From positions 544,001 to 608,000 of the forward strand of contig CAWFFU010000003.1 in assembly GCA_963815215.1 (NCBI GenBank): DNA of 64,000 nucleotides, in the 5' to 3' direction. The DNA is from an uncultured Trueperaceae bacterium (GTDB taxonomy: Bacteria; Deinococcota; Deinococci; Deinococcales; Trueperaceae). The notes under the pieces were generated by a model. It worked only from the letters and a program-made list of their open reading frames with translations, was not told the origin of the DNA and ran no database searches. The translations under genes and the position numbers were made by a program. This document shows, piece after piece, positions 21,708 to 33,384 of the stretch (positions are counted from its first letter, which is position 1; each line of letters opens with the position of its first letter).

Positions 21708-22038
21708 TGCGTTCCTCCAGCGTGATCGTGATGTTGCAGCTGCGCTTCAACATCAGGTCTGCACGACCCCGCGCACGCGGCAAGTAGCGTTTGAACGTGG
21801 GGCCGTCTCCGACCTGGATCTCCTTGACGAAGAGGCTGTCTTCGAACATGTCGTGGTTGTTCACGGCGTTCGCCCGAGCACTCTGCAGCAACTTGAGGAT
21901 CGGCTTCGCGGAACGCTTGTTGGTGTAGCGCAGGATGTCCTCGGCACGCCCCACGTTCTGGCCGCGGATGAGGTCGGCGACGAGGCGCGTCTTCTGAGGC
22001 GTGACGCGAAGCATGCGCAAGGAAGCCTTGGCCTGCAT
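21697..22038 (-). CDS. rplV: 50S ribosomal protein L22
   Basis: 'KTRLVADLIRG', 'PRARGRA'. Confidence 0.98.
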   Translation of the reverse strand: MQAKASLRMLRVTPQKTRLVADLIRGQNVGRAEDILRYTNKRSAKPILKLLQSARANAVNNHDMFEDSLFVKEIQVGDGPTFKRYLPRARGRADLMLKRSCNITITLEERSGQ

Positions 22039-22040
22039 CG

Positions 22041-22310
22041 TCAGTCCTTCCTGTTCCCGCTATGCCCGCGGAACGTGCGGGTGGGAGAGAACTCCCCCAG
22101 CTTGTGCCCGACCATGTTCTCCTGGACGAACACCGGGACGTGCTGGCGACCGTTGTAGACGCCGATGGTGTGTCCGACCATCTCGGGAACGATGGTGCTG
22201 CGCCGGCTCCAGGTCTTGATGACGCGGCGTTCGCCCGTGGCGTTGGCGGCGTCGATCTTCTTGAGCAGGTGGCCGTCGACGAACGGGCCTTTCTTGAGGC
22301 TGCGAGCCAT
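22041..22310 (-). CDS. rpsS: 30S ribosomal protein S19
   Basis: '[10 protein letters not shown]', '[13 protein letters not shown]'. Confidence 0.98.
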   Translation of the reverse strand: MARSLKKGPFVDGHLLKKIDAANATGERRVIKTWSRRSTIVPEMVGHTIGVYNGRQHVPVFVQENMVGHKLGEFSPTRTFRGHSGNRKD

Positions 22311-22313
22311 GGT

Positions 22314-23147
22314 CTACTTCCCCTTCCGGCGGCGCACGATGAACCGGCTCGACACCTTGCGCTTGTTGCGCGTCTTCAGGCCCTTGGCCTGCTGGCCCCA
22401 GGGGCTGACCGGCGGCCGGCCGCCCGTAGAGCGACCCTCGCCACCGCCGTGGGGGTGGTCGACCGGGTTCATGGCGCGTCCACGTTGGTGCGGCTTGCGA
22501 CCGAGCCAACGCTTGCGGCCCGCCTTACCCAGAACGATGTTCTTGTGCTCGCTGTTGCCCACTGCGCCTACGGTCGCGTAGCACTCGCCGTGGATGCGGC
22601 GCAGCTCACCCGATGGCAACCGGATGGTGACGTAGTTGCCGTCCCGGCCCTGGATCTGCACGCTGGTTCCGGCCGCGCGCGCCAGCTGGGCGCCCTTGCC
22701 AGGGACCATCTCCACGTTGTGCACGACCGCGCCGACCGGGATGAAGCGGAGCGGCAAGGCGTTCCCGACCACCGGCTCGGCCTCCGGTCCGCACACGATA
22801 CGCGTGCCGACCACCAGGCGCTCTGGCGCCAGGATGTAGCGCTTCTCACCGTCGAGGTAGTGCAGCAACGCGATGCGCGCGCTGCGGTTCGGGTCGTACT
22901 CGACGGTCGCGACCTTGGCGGGCACGCCTTCCTTGTCGCGCCGACGGAAGTCGATCCGACGATAGCGCCGCTTGTGGCCGCCGCCGCGGAACCGCGAGGT
23001 GATCCGGCCGTGGGCGTTGCGACCGCCCCGCTTCGACATCCCCTCGAGAAGCGACTTCTCCGGCCTGCTCACGGTGACGTCGGCGAAATCCGAGGTCGTC
23101 ATCGCCCGGCGGGAGGGCGTGTACGGTCTGTATTTCTTGGTAGGCAT
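22314..23147 (-). CDS. rplB: 50S ribosomal protein L2
   Basis: '[13 protein letters not shown]', '[13 protein letters not shown]'. Confidence 0.98.
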   Translation of the reverse strand: MPTKKYRPYTPSRRAMTTSDFADVTVSRPEKSLLEGMSKRGGRNAHGRITSRFRGGGHKRRYRRIDFRRRDKEGVPAKVATVEYDPNRSARIALLHYLDGEKRYILAPERLVVGTRIVCGPEAEPVVGNALPLRFIPVGAVVHNVEMVPGKGAQLARAAGTSVQIQGRDGNYVTIRLPSGELRRIHGECYATVGAVGNSEHKNIVLGKAGRKRWLGRKPHQRGRAMNPVDHPHGGGEGRSTGGRPPVSPWGQQAKGLKTRNKRKVSSRFIVRRRKGK

Positions 23148-23163
23148 GGGTTCCCTCCCTTCC

Positions 23164-23451
23164 TTAGGTCAGGCCTTCGAGCTGCTGGATGCGCTGCCCG
23201 GCCTGCAGGGTGACGATGGCCTTCTTGCGGAGCGAGGACCGTCCCGGGTAACGCCCCTGCGTCTTGATCTTGCCGCGGACCTTGGCCATGTTGATCTTGA
23301 CGACCTCGACCTTGAACACGGTCTCGATGGCGTCCTTGACCTGGACCCGGTTCGCGTCCGGATGGACGTAGAAGGCGTACTTGCCGGCTTCGATGCCCTG
23401 GATCGCCTTCTCGCTCAGCACGGGGGCGAGGATCACGTCGTGCGGGTTCAC
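23164..23451 (-). CDS. rplW: 50S ribosomal protein L23
   Basis: 'APVLSEKA', 'KKAIVTL'; GTG overlaps the rplD stop. Confidence 0.97.
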   Translation of the reverse strand: MNPHDVILAPVLSEKAIQGIEAGKYAFYVHPDANRVQVKDAIETVFKVEVVKINMAKVRGKIKTQGRYPGRSSLRKKAIVTLQAGQRIQQLEGLT

Positions 23452-24044
23452 GATGCCGCCTCCGCAGTGTCGAAGATCTTCGCGTCGGCGATCACGTGAT
23501 CGCAACGAAGGATGTCGTAGGCGTTCAGGCCGCGCACGGGAAGCACGTCGACCCAGGGCAGGTTGCGCGCCGCCCTGCGGGCCATCTCATCGTCGGTGAC
23601 GAGGAGCACCCGTTCGCTACCGTCGAAGCCGTGACTCTGGGCCCAGCTCACGAACTCCTTGGTCTTGCCGCCGATGTCGAACGACTCGACCAGGGTGAGC
23701 TTACCAGCCTGCGCCCTTGCGGCCACCGCCATGGCAAGGCCGAGCCGGCGCACCCGCTTGGGCAGGGTGTAGCCGTAGTTGCGCGGCTGCGGCCCGAACG
23801 CTGTGCCCCCACCAACGAAGATCGGCGCCTTGCGGTCACCGTGCCGCGCGCGGCCGGTGCCCTTCTGAGGGTAGATCTTCGCGGTGGAGCCCGTCATCAT
23901 ACCGCGCGTCTTGGTCGCCGCCGTGCCGCGCCGGCGCTTGGCCAGCTGCCAGGCGACGACCTCGTGCAGCACCGACTCCTTGGGCTCGGGAAGGTCGAGT
24001 GTGAGTTTGCGTCCGCTTCCGAGGACGTCGAGCGTGACCGCCAT
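23448..24044 (-). CDS. rplD: 50S ribosomal protein L4
   Basis: 'GTAATKTRG', 'QKGTGRARHG', 'FGPQPR'. Confidence 0.98.
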   Translation of the reverse strand: MAVTLDVLGSGRKLTLDLPEPKESVLHEVVAWQLAKRRRGTAATKTRGMMTGSTAKIYPQKGTGRARHGDRKAPIFVGGGTAFGPQPRNYGYTLPKRVRRLGLAMAVAARAQAGKLTLVESFDIGGKTKEFVSWAQSHGFDGSERVLLVTDDEMARRAARNLPWVDVLPVRGLNAYDILRCDHVIADAKIFDTAEAAS

Positions 24045-24670
24045 CAGCGCGCCCCCCTGTTCGATTGCCTGACCACCAGCATCGAGCCGTTCGCGCCGGG
24101 GAGGGCGCCCTTGATGAGGATCAGGTTGTCGTCCTTGCGGACGTCCACGACCTGGAGGCCGATCGTCGTCACGGCGCTCGCGCCGTGACGCCCCGCCATG
24201 CGCTTGCCCTTGTAGACGCGGCCCGGCGACTTGCGGTTCCCGATGGAACCGCCGTGGCGATGTTTCTTCTTGGTGCCGTGGGTGGCCGGCATGCCGGCGA
24301 ACCCCCAGCGCTTGACCACGCCGGCGGTACCGCGACCCTTGCTCGTGCCGGTGACGTCGACCGTCTCGCCCGGCTCGAAGATCTCGACCGTGACGCTGTC
24401 GTCGTCGGGGGCGTAGTCCCTGAACTCCACCAGGTGACGCTGCGGCGCGACCCCCGCCTTGCGGAAGTGCCCGAGCTGGGGTTTGTTCACGAGTTTCTCT
24501 CGCTTCTCCACCCAGCCGAGCTGCACGGCGGAATAGCCGTCACGCTCCGGCGTCTTGCGCTGCACCACGGGGCAAGGCCCGGCGAGGACGACGGTCACCG
24601 GCACGAGCCGGTCCCCGTTCCACACCTGGGTCATACCCACCTTGGTGCCGAGAATGCCTTTCACGTTCAT
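24044..24670 (-). CDS. rplC: 50S ribosomal protein L3
   Basis: 'GTKVGMTQ', 'DGYSAVQLG', '[11 protein letters not shown]'. Confidence 0.98.
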   Translation of the reverse strand: MNVKGILGTKVGMTQVWNGDRLVPVTVVLAGPCPVVQRKTPERDGYSAVQLGWVEKREKLVNKPQLGHFRKAGVAPQRHLVEFRDYAPDDDSVTVEIFEPGETVDVTGTSKGRGTAGVVKRWGFAGMPATHGTKKKHRHGGSIGNRKSPGRVYKGKRMAGRHGASAVTTIGLQVVDVRKDDNLILIKGALPGANGSMLVVRQSNRGAR

Positions 24671-24987
24671 CGTCCTCCGACGGTCTTGATCTCGATGTCC
24701 ACCCCGGTCGGCAGATCGAGGTGCATGAGGGAATCGATGGTGCTCTTCGTCGGCGACTTGATGTCGATCAGCCGGTTGTGCGTGCGGATCTCGAAGTGCT
24801 CTCGGCTGTCCTTGTTGACGAACGGCGACCGGAGCACGCAGAACCGCCGGATACGCGTCGGAAGGGGAACCGGGCCGGCGACCTTGGCACCCGTGCGCCG
24901 GACGGTCTCCACGATCTTGGTCGCAGAGCTGTCCAGGCTACGGTGATCGAACGCCTTGAGCTTGATACGAATCTTGGGGGCTGCCAT
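24667..24987 (-). CDS. rpsJ: 30S ribosomal protein S10
   Basis: '[11 protein letters not shown]', 'GPVPLPT', '[10 protein letters not shown]'. Confidence 0.98.
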   Translation of the reverse strand: MAAPKIRIKLKAFDHRSLDSSATKIVETVRRTGAKVAGPVPLPTRIRRFCVLRSPFVNKDSREHFEIRTHNRLIDIKSPTKSTIDSLMHLDLPTGVDIEIKTVGGR

Positions 24988-24989
24988 GG

Positions 24990-26207
24990 TTACTTCGTCA
25001 CGGCCGTCACGACACCCGCACCGACCGTCCGACCCCCCTCACGAATCGCAAACCGCAACCCCTCCTCCATCGCAATCGGCTTGATCAACTCCACCCCAAG
25101 CTCCACATTATCCCCAGGCATCACCATCTCCACACCCTCCGGCAACGACACCACCCCCGTCACATCCGTCGTCCGAAAGTAAAACTGCGGGCGATACCCA
25201 GAAAAAAACGCGCTATGCCGCCCCCCCTCCTCCTTCTTCAACACATACACCGACCCACGAAACACCGTATGCGGCGTAATCGACCCAGGCTTCGCCAACA
25301 CCTGACCCCGCTCGATCTCCTCACGCCCCACACCCCGCAACAAAACCCCCACATTATCCCCAGCCATCCCCGAACCCAACGTCTTCCGATGCATCTCCAC
25401 ACCCGTCACAACCGTCTTCCGCGTATCCCCCAACCCAACAATCTCAACCTCATCCCCCGTCTTCACCTCACCACGCTCAATACGACCCGTCGCCACCGTC
25501 CCACGACCCGTAATCGTAAACACATCCTCCACCGGCAACAAAAACGGCTTCTCCACATCCCTCACCGGCGTCGGAATATACCCATCCACCGCATCCAACA
25601 ACTCCCAAATCCGATCCACCCACTCATTCTCACCACGCTGCATCGACGGATTCCCATGCAACGCCTCCAACGCCCTCAACGCAGACCCCGCCACCACCGG
25701 AATCTCATCCCCCGGAAACTCATACAACGACAACAGCTCCCGAACCTCCATCTCCACAAGCTCCAACAACTCCGCATCATCCACCATGTCCACCTTGTTC
25801 AAAAACACCACAATATTCGGCACACCCACCTGACGCGCCAACACAATATGCTCACGCGTCTGCGGCATCGGCCCATCCGCAGCCGACACCACCAACACCG
25901 CACCATCCATCTGCGCAGCCCCCGTAATCATATTCTTCACATAATCCGCATGCCCCGGACAATCCACATGCGAATAATGCCGCGCCACCGTCTGATACTC
26001 CACATGCGCCGTATTAATCGTAATCCCACGCGCCTTCTCCTCCGGCGCCTTATCAATCTGATCGTAATCCTGAATCTCCACCGACGGATCCGCCGCCGCA
26101 GCCGCAAACGTAATCGCAGCCGTCAACGTCGTCTTCCCATGATCCACATGCCCAATCGTCCCAACATTCACATGCGGCTTCGTACGCTCAAACACACCCT
26201 TAGCCAT
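24990..26207 (-). CDS. tuf: Elongation factor Tu
   Basis: '[17 protein letters not shown]', '[21 protein letters not shown]', 'NKVD', '[10 protein letters not shown]'; AAGGAG RBS precedes ATG 26207. Confidence 0.99.
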   Translation of the reverse strand: MAKGVFERTKPHVNVGTIGHVDHGKTTLTAAITFAAAAADPSVEIQDYDQIDKAPEEKARGITINTAHVEYQTVARHYSHVDCPGHADYVKNMITGAAQMDGAVLVVSAADGPMPQTREHIVLARQVGVPNIVVFLNKVDMVDDAELLELVEMEVRELLSLYEFPGDEIPVVAGSALRALEALHGNPSMQRGENEWVDRIWELLDAVDGYIPTPVRDVEKPFLLPVEDVFTITGRGTVATGRIERGEVKTGDEVEIVGLGDTRKTVVTGVEMHRKTLGSGMAGDNVGVLLRGVGREEIERGQVLAKPGSITPHTVFRGSVYVLKKEEGGRHSAFFSGYRPQFYFRTTDVTGVVSLPEGVEMVMPGDNVELGVELIKPIAMEEGLRFAIREGGRTVGAGVVTAVTK

Positions 26208-26247
26208 GATCGTTCTCCTTGGATTCCGATACGAGGTCGGACGGTTC

Positions 26248-28320
<2,073 letters not shown>

Positions 28321-28350
28321 ACTCCACCTGTCGGGTCGGAAGCGCGCCGG

Positions 28351-28821
28351 CTACCAGCGGTAGTGGGCGTAGGCGCGATTCGCCTCCGCCATCCGCTCGA
28401 CGTCGTCTTTCTTCTTGACGGCTCCGCCACGTCCTGCCGAGGCGTCCAGCAGCTCGCCCGCGACACGCTCGACAGCGGTCCGCTCGGGGCGAGAGTTGGA
28501 CGCAGCGACCAGCCAGCGCAGGCTGAGCGACTGGGACCGGCGCGGATTGACCTCCACGGGGACCTGGTATGTGGCGCCACCGACACGGCGGCTCTTGACC
28601 TCGATGCGCGGCTTGACGTTGTCGAGCGCCTGGCGGAACACCTTGAGGGGTTCCTGGCCGCTGCGCTCCTGGATCAGTCGGCACGAGCCGTAGAAGATGC
28701 GGCTGGCGAGGTTCTTCTTGCCGTCACGCATCAGCTTGTTCACGAAGGCCGTGACCGTGGTGTCGCTGTACACCAGATCGGGCTCGAGCTTGCGGACCTG
28801 TGCTCTTCTCCTGCGTCCCAT
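28351..28821 (-). CDS. rpsG: 30S ribosomal protein S7
   Basis: 'EVKSRRVGGATYQVP', 'MAEANRAYAHYRW'. Confidence 0.98.
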   Translation of the reverse strand: MGRRRRAQVRKLEPDLVYSDTTVTAFVNKLMRDGKKNLASRIFYGSCRLIQERSGQEPLKVFRQALDNVKPRIEVKSRRVGGATYQVPVEVNPRRSQSLSLRWLVAASNSRPERTAVERVAGELLDASAGRGGAVKKKDDVERMAEANRAYAHYRW

Positions 28822-28829
28822 CCTCTACC

Positions 28830-29219
28830 TCAACCCTTCGGCTTCTTCGTGCCGTACTTGCTGCGCCCCTGGTTGCGCTGCACGTAGCGACCCACGCCGA
28901 CGCCCTGAGCGTCGAGCGCACCTCTGACGATGTGGTAGCGGACCCCCGGCAGGTCCTTCACGCGGCCCCCGCGGATCAACACGACCGAGTGCTCCTGGAG
29001 GTTGTGCTTCTCGCCCGGGATGTAGGCGGTCACCTCGTAGCCGCTGGACAACCGTACGCGGGCGATCTTCCGCAGCGCCGAGTTCGGCTTCTTCGGGGTC
29101 TGCGTCTTCACAGCCGTGCACACGCCGCGCCGCTGCGGCGACCCCTTGAGCGCCGGGGTCTTGTTCTTCTTGGGCAACTTCTTGCGGCCCTTCCGGAGGA
29201 GCTGGTTGACGGTCGGCAG
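28830..29219 (-). CDS. rpsL: 30S ribosomal protein S12 (probable CTG start)
   Basis: 'PTVNQL', '[10 protein letters not shown]', '[10 protein letters not shown]'. AAGGGAG lies 8 nt before CTG 29219; the in-frame GTG at 29228 overlaps the RBS. Confidence 0.97.
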   Translation of the reverse strand: MPTVNQLLRKGRKKLPKKNKTPALKGSPQRRGVCTAVKTQTPKKPNSALRKIARVRLSSGYEVTAYIPGEKHNLQEHSVVLIRGGRVKDLPGVRYHIVRGALDAQGVGVGRYVQRNQGRSKYGTKKPKG

Positions 29220-29375
29220 AGCAATCACTCCCTTAAGCGTGGCGCTCGCTTTCGGCGAGCGGACTCGACCTGCGATCTGAGAAGACGTGGTCGTCTGAAT
29301 TTCCGGTGCCGTGCAGCACACGACAAACCTTCCCCCGGACCCATCGCTGCGGGCCAGGGGGAGTCAAACCTCGTG

Positions 29376-29405
29376 AGTATACTCCGCCCGGGGGCGAGAT
29401 TTCAA
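29376..29405 (-). promoter_or_regulatory. Sigma70-type promoter of the str/ribosomal cluster
   Basis: Minus strand reads TTGAAA-N18-TATACT, about 150 nt upstream of rpsL. Confidence 0.7.
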
Positions 29406-29935
29406 GCAGGTGAGGTGGCTCAGCTGGTTCGCGGGCTCCGCTTGCCGGGCACATCCGGGCTCCCGTCCCCTTGCAGGGGCGAGTTCCGATCCCAGGCGGA
29501 GCGGGCCAACGCGCGCCACCGCGTGATCGACCTCGATAGGCCTGCCGGCGTGGATCCCGGCGCCTCGCCTTCGTAGCGAGGGTTCGCCGGCCGCCGGTTC
29601 AGCGCGGGTGCGGGTCGAACGCCAGCCGCGCGTTCCTTCCCGCTGGTTGAAGAACTTATCAACCTTGGATTAGGGTTGGATGAACTTCATGGCATTGGGT
29701 GCGTCTGGGGCTGCGCTACCTCAGGTGACGATGCCGCACCTGAAGGGGGGGAAGGGTCCAGCGATCTCACGACGACTTCTACGCGCGGACCTGAGTACGG
29801 GTCATGGCTCCTGACCCCGTCGACGACGGGTGTCATCGGGACGGCTCCACCATCTGCGTCCGACCTTGATCGGGGCAGGCTGCCTGCGCAGCGCCTGCCC
29901 GACGACCGACCGGATCAGCCATCGGAGGGATCCAG

Positions 29936-31357
29936 ATGAACGCACGACGCTTCACCCTTGGCCTGCTGCCACTGGCGGCCATTCTGTTGCTGGCTGCCTG
30001 CTCGCAACCACAGAGCGGTAGCACCATCACGTTCTCGATGCAACACGACAGCGATGCGTACGCCGTTCTCCAGAACGCGGACGGCAGCGTGATCACCACC
30101 CAGACGCTCGCTCCCGGGACCACGACGGTGTCCTTCGCGGACGTCCCCGACGGTGCGCTGGTCACCGCAGCTCTGTCCGAGACCCACAGCGGTGCGCCTG
30201 CCAAGTACGCCTTCACCGCGCCGGCCTCCTTGGTCAACGGTCATACGATCTACGTCATCTATCCGTACTCCGGCCGCGGGCAGACCAGCGGGCAGGTTGC
30301 GGTTTCCGGCGCATGCCCTCCGGGGTCGACGCCGTCGTCTACCAGGATCTATTCCGTGGTCTCGAAGCGGCTCGGTTCCGGCGGCGTGACTTCTTCCTCC
30401 GTGTTTTGCGACGCGTCCAACAACTTCTCGTTGACCGCGGACTACTACGACAGCGGCTCCAGCGGCAAGGCGCAGCTCACGTTCCTGGCCGAGGACGGCT
30501 CCACCATGAGCGCGTACCTGCACGTCCAGACCATCTCGCCCACGCAGACCACGCTGACGGTCGCCCCTACCGACTGGCAGACAACGCCCACGTCGGACAG
30601 CTCGTCCGTGACCTTCTCCCCGGCGCTCGCCACGAACGGGGCCGCCGAGACCAACTGGCAGAAGTTCGCCCTGGTGGACGGCCTGAGGGAGCCGTTGGCG
30701 CTGAGCCACAGCACGTCAACGTCGACGGTGGGTGCGACCTCGCTGTCCCTGAACGCCGAGCTCGCCCCAGTGACGGGTGCGACAGCCTTCCTCTCGAGCT
30801 TCATGTTCCATCGCACGAACTGCCCGAGCTCCTCCAGCTGCATCCAGAGCAGGGTCTACCAGGACGCGTCGACGAACACCTTGCCTGCGAACCAGAGCCT
30901 GACGATCGGGACCGATACCTGGCCCTCGCTCCAGAACTTCAGCTGGAAGGCCAGCGCCACCACCTCTCCCGTGGTCACGTACGCCAGCTCAGCAGGCTTC
31001 GCGAACGCCAAGCTCGTCTATGCCGACGTGCTCACTACCGACAGCACGACCGGCGCGACGGCCGAATGGGAGCTCGTGAGTGAGAGCAGCGCAGACATGA
31101 GCGGCACGGTCACCTTCCCGCAACTTCCCGCGAACCTCCAGTCGCTCATCCCGGTCCCGGCGGCCTCGGGCAACGAGGCGCATCTGGCCATCACGGACGT
31201 CTCCCCAGACGCATGGTGGTTCAATGCCCTCTGGCCGAACACCTACAACGAGGTCGACGCAGACACTACCGCGGCTACCACGGCCGGTCTGACCGCAGGC
31301 CCGCGTACGCCGGGCGCCCACGGACCGATCGGCGGGAGCGGCCTCTGGCTGCGTTGA
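29936..31357 (+). CDS. Ser/Thr-rich putative lipoprotein of unknown function
   Basis: GGAGG RBS; signal 'MNARRFTLGLLPLAAILLLAA|C' with a lipobox; 473-aa ORF with coding-like codon usage. Confidence 0.8.
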   Translation: MNARRFTLGLLPLAAILLLAACSQPQSGSTITFSMQHDSDAYAVLQNADGSVITTQTLAPGTTTVSFADVPDGALVTAALSETHSGAPAKYAFTAPASLVNGHTIYVIYPYSGRGQTSGQVAVSGACPPGSTPSSTRIYSVVSKRLGSGGVTSSSVFCDASNNFSLTADYYDSGSSGKAQLTFLAEDGSTMSAYLHVQTISPTQTTLTVAPTDWQTTPTSDSSSVTFSPALATNGAAETNWQKFALVDGLREPLALSHSTSTSTVGATSLSLNAELAPVTGATAFLSSFMFHRTNCPSSSSCIQSRVYQDASTNTLPANQSLTIGTDTWPSLQNFSWKASATTSPVVTYASSAGFANAKLVYADVLTTDSTTGATAEWELVSESSADMSGTVTFPQLPANLQSLIPVPAASGNEAHLAITDVSPDAWWFNALWPNTYNEVDADTTAATTAGLTAGPRTPGAHGPIGGSGLWLR

Positions 31358-31826
31358 GCTAGCTCCACCAGGGGTCGGGGTGACTCGGACCGCCTTCGCG
31401 ACATCCGGACAGGTGGGGCAGCGCCGGTGCGCGAACCCTGACAGCCCCATCCCGAGGTTGCATCCCGGCCGATGACAACCTGGCCGATCCAGCGAGGCCG
31501 GTCCCAGGCGGACCGGCCTCGCCATCGCACGGCATCGGGTGAACGGCCCACCACCTTGCCCGCATCGCGGTTGGCGCTGCGGACGACGGACCGAACCCGA
31601 GGCACGAGCCCGCGAGGTCGGGCCCTGCGAACCGACACCTTTGGCTCGGGGCCGGCCGCGGTCACCTACGGGTCGCGGGCATGGTGTACTAGGGACCGCC
31701 GGACGGCGGATCGACGACGGGTGGGGCAGGGGCGTGGTGTACCCCACCCGCAGGCTCTCCCCGCCATCCCGCCCGGCGGGGCCGGTTTGGCGGCCCCGGA
31801 TCGCGATTCCGAAAGGTGGTACCCGT

Positions 31827-33305
31827 ATGATGCGCAAACTCCGTTGGCTCTTCGTCGCTCTGATCATGCTGGGAGCATTCGCCCAGGCGCAACGCGTCGG
31901 CTTCCTGACCTTCAATGACGTGTACGAGCTGCAGGGCGTCGACCACGGCACGCGCGGCGGCGCCGCCGCTGTGGCCACGGTCGTCCACCAGGTCAAGGCG
32001 TTCGATCCCAATACGTTGGTGCTGTTCGCCGGCGACCTGCTCTCCCCTTCGGTGATGTCGAACGCCTTCCAGGGCAAGCAGATGGTCGAGGCGCTCAACC
32101 GCCTTGGCGTCGACTACGCCACCCTCGGCAACCACGAGTTCGACTTCGGTGTGAACGTGTTGAAGCAACGCATCCAGGAGTCCAACTTCACCTGGCTGAG
32201 CGCCAACATCCTCGACAGCTCGACAGGCAAGCCGATCGCGGGCACGCAACCCGATGCCGTGGTCGAGGTGAACGGCGTCAAGATCGGCCTGTTCGGCATC
32301 GCCTACGACTTCTCCTCGATCCTCGCCAACGCGTCGGCGGTGACCTTCAAGGACCCCATCGCCACCGCCCAGGCGGAGGTGAAGAAGCTCCAGGGCGAGG
32401 GCGCGAAGTACATCGTGGCGCTCACGCACGAGGCCAGGGCCCAGGATTGCGAGCTCTCGTCCAAGGTGTCGGGCATCGACCTCATCGTCGGCGGGCATGA
32501 CCATGCCGCCATGATGGACACCCAGTGCGGTCACGCCCCGTTCGTCAAGGCGACCAGCGACTGGCGCAACGTGTGGGACGTCAACGTCGACTTCTCCGGA
32601 ACGAGCCCCGTGACCAGCTACCGGAACATCCCGGTCAGCGATCTGACGCCCAAAGACCCGGGCATGCAGGCGTTCGTGCAGAACTACGCCAGCCAGCTCG
32701 ACGCCAGCTTCGCCCAGGTGCTCGGCAAGTCCGTGGTCGCCCTGGACGCGGTCGAGAAGGATGTCCGCGCCAAGGAGACCAACCTCGGGGACTTCATCGC
32801 CGACGCCACCCGCAGCGCCACCCGCGCCGACGTCGCCATCATGAACGGGGGCGGCATCCGTACCGACCGCATGTACCCCGCGGGGCCGGTCACCAAGAAG
32901 GACGTCTACGGCATCTTGCCGTTCGGCAACAAAGTGGTCGCGGTGAAGGCCAAGGGCAGCGCCCTGGCCGCCGCGCTCGAGAACGGCGTGTCGCAGATGC
33001 AGGACCTGGCCGGGCGTTTCCCCCAGGTTTCGGGTGTGACGTTCACGGTCCGCCCCAACCAGCCCGTCGGCCAACGCGTCAGCGACATCATGGTGGGCGG
33101 CAAGCCGCTCGACCCCAACGCCACCTACGTCGTGGCCATCAACGACTACATGTTCGGCGGCGGTGACGGCTACACGATGTTCAAAGGTCTGCCGACGACC
33201 GTGTCGCCGGCCGAGGGGCCACTGCTGGCGGAGGTCGTGGCCAACGCGGTCGCGGCCGACGGCACCATCGCTCCCAAGACCGACGGGCGCATCACCATCC
33301 AGTAG
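31827..33305 (+). CDS. Secreted bifunctional metallophosphatase/5'-nucleotidase
   Basis: Signal peptide; 'NDVY', 'AGD', 'GNHEFD', 'GGHDH'; C-terminal domain 'ETNLGDFIADA', 'NGGGIR', 'PFGN', 'GGDGY'. Confidence 0.93.
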   Translation: MMRKLRWLFVALIMLGAFAQAQRVGFLTFNDVYELQGVDHGTRGGAAAVATVVHQVKAFDPNTLVLFAGDLLSPSVMSNAFQGKQMVEALNRLGVDYATLGNHEFDFGVNVLKQRIQESNFTWLSANILDSSTGKPIAGTQPDAVVEVNGVKIGLFGIAYDFSSILANASAVTFKDPIATAQAEVKKLQGEGAKYIVALTHEARAQDCELSSKVSGIDLIVGGHDHAAMMDTQCGHAPFVKATSDWRNVWDVNVDFSGTSPVTSYRNIPVSDLTPKDPGMQAFVQNYASQLDASFAQVLGKSVVALDAVEKDVRAKETNLGDFIADATRSATRADVAIMNGGGIRTDRMYPAGPVTKKDVYGILPFGNKVVAVKAKGSALAAALENGVSQMQDLAGRFPQVSGVTFTVRPNQPVGQRVSDIMVGGKPLDPNATYVVAINDYMFGGGDGYTMFKGLPTTVSPAEGPLLAEVVANAVAADGTIAPKTDGRITIQ

Positions 33306-33326
33306 CGCCTACCCGGCCCGCGATCG

Positions 33327-33361
33327 GGAACGCCCCCGGCATGCGCTGCCGGGGGCGTTCC
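33327..33361. terminator. 15-bp stem-loop between convergent nucleotidase and amylosucrase genes
   Basis: ggaacgcccccggca-tgcgc-tgccgggggcgttcc. Confidence 0.65.
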
Positions 33362-33384
33362 TCATGGCCTCGTCGGAGCGCCGC

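Noticed and set aside
29420..29939. Short ORFs upstream of rpsL and the lipoprotein
   Set aside because: No RBS or leaderless -10 box and no recognisable motifs; treated as intergenic.
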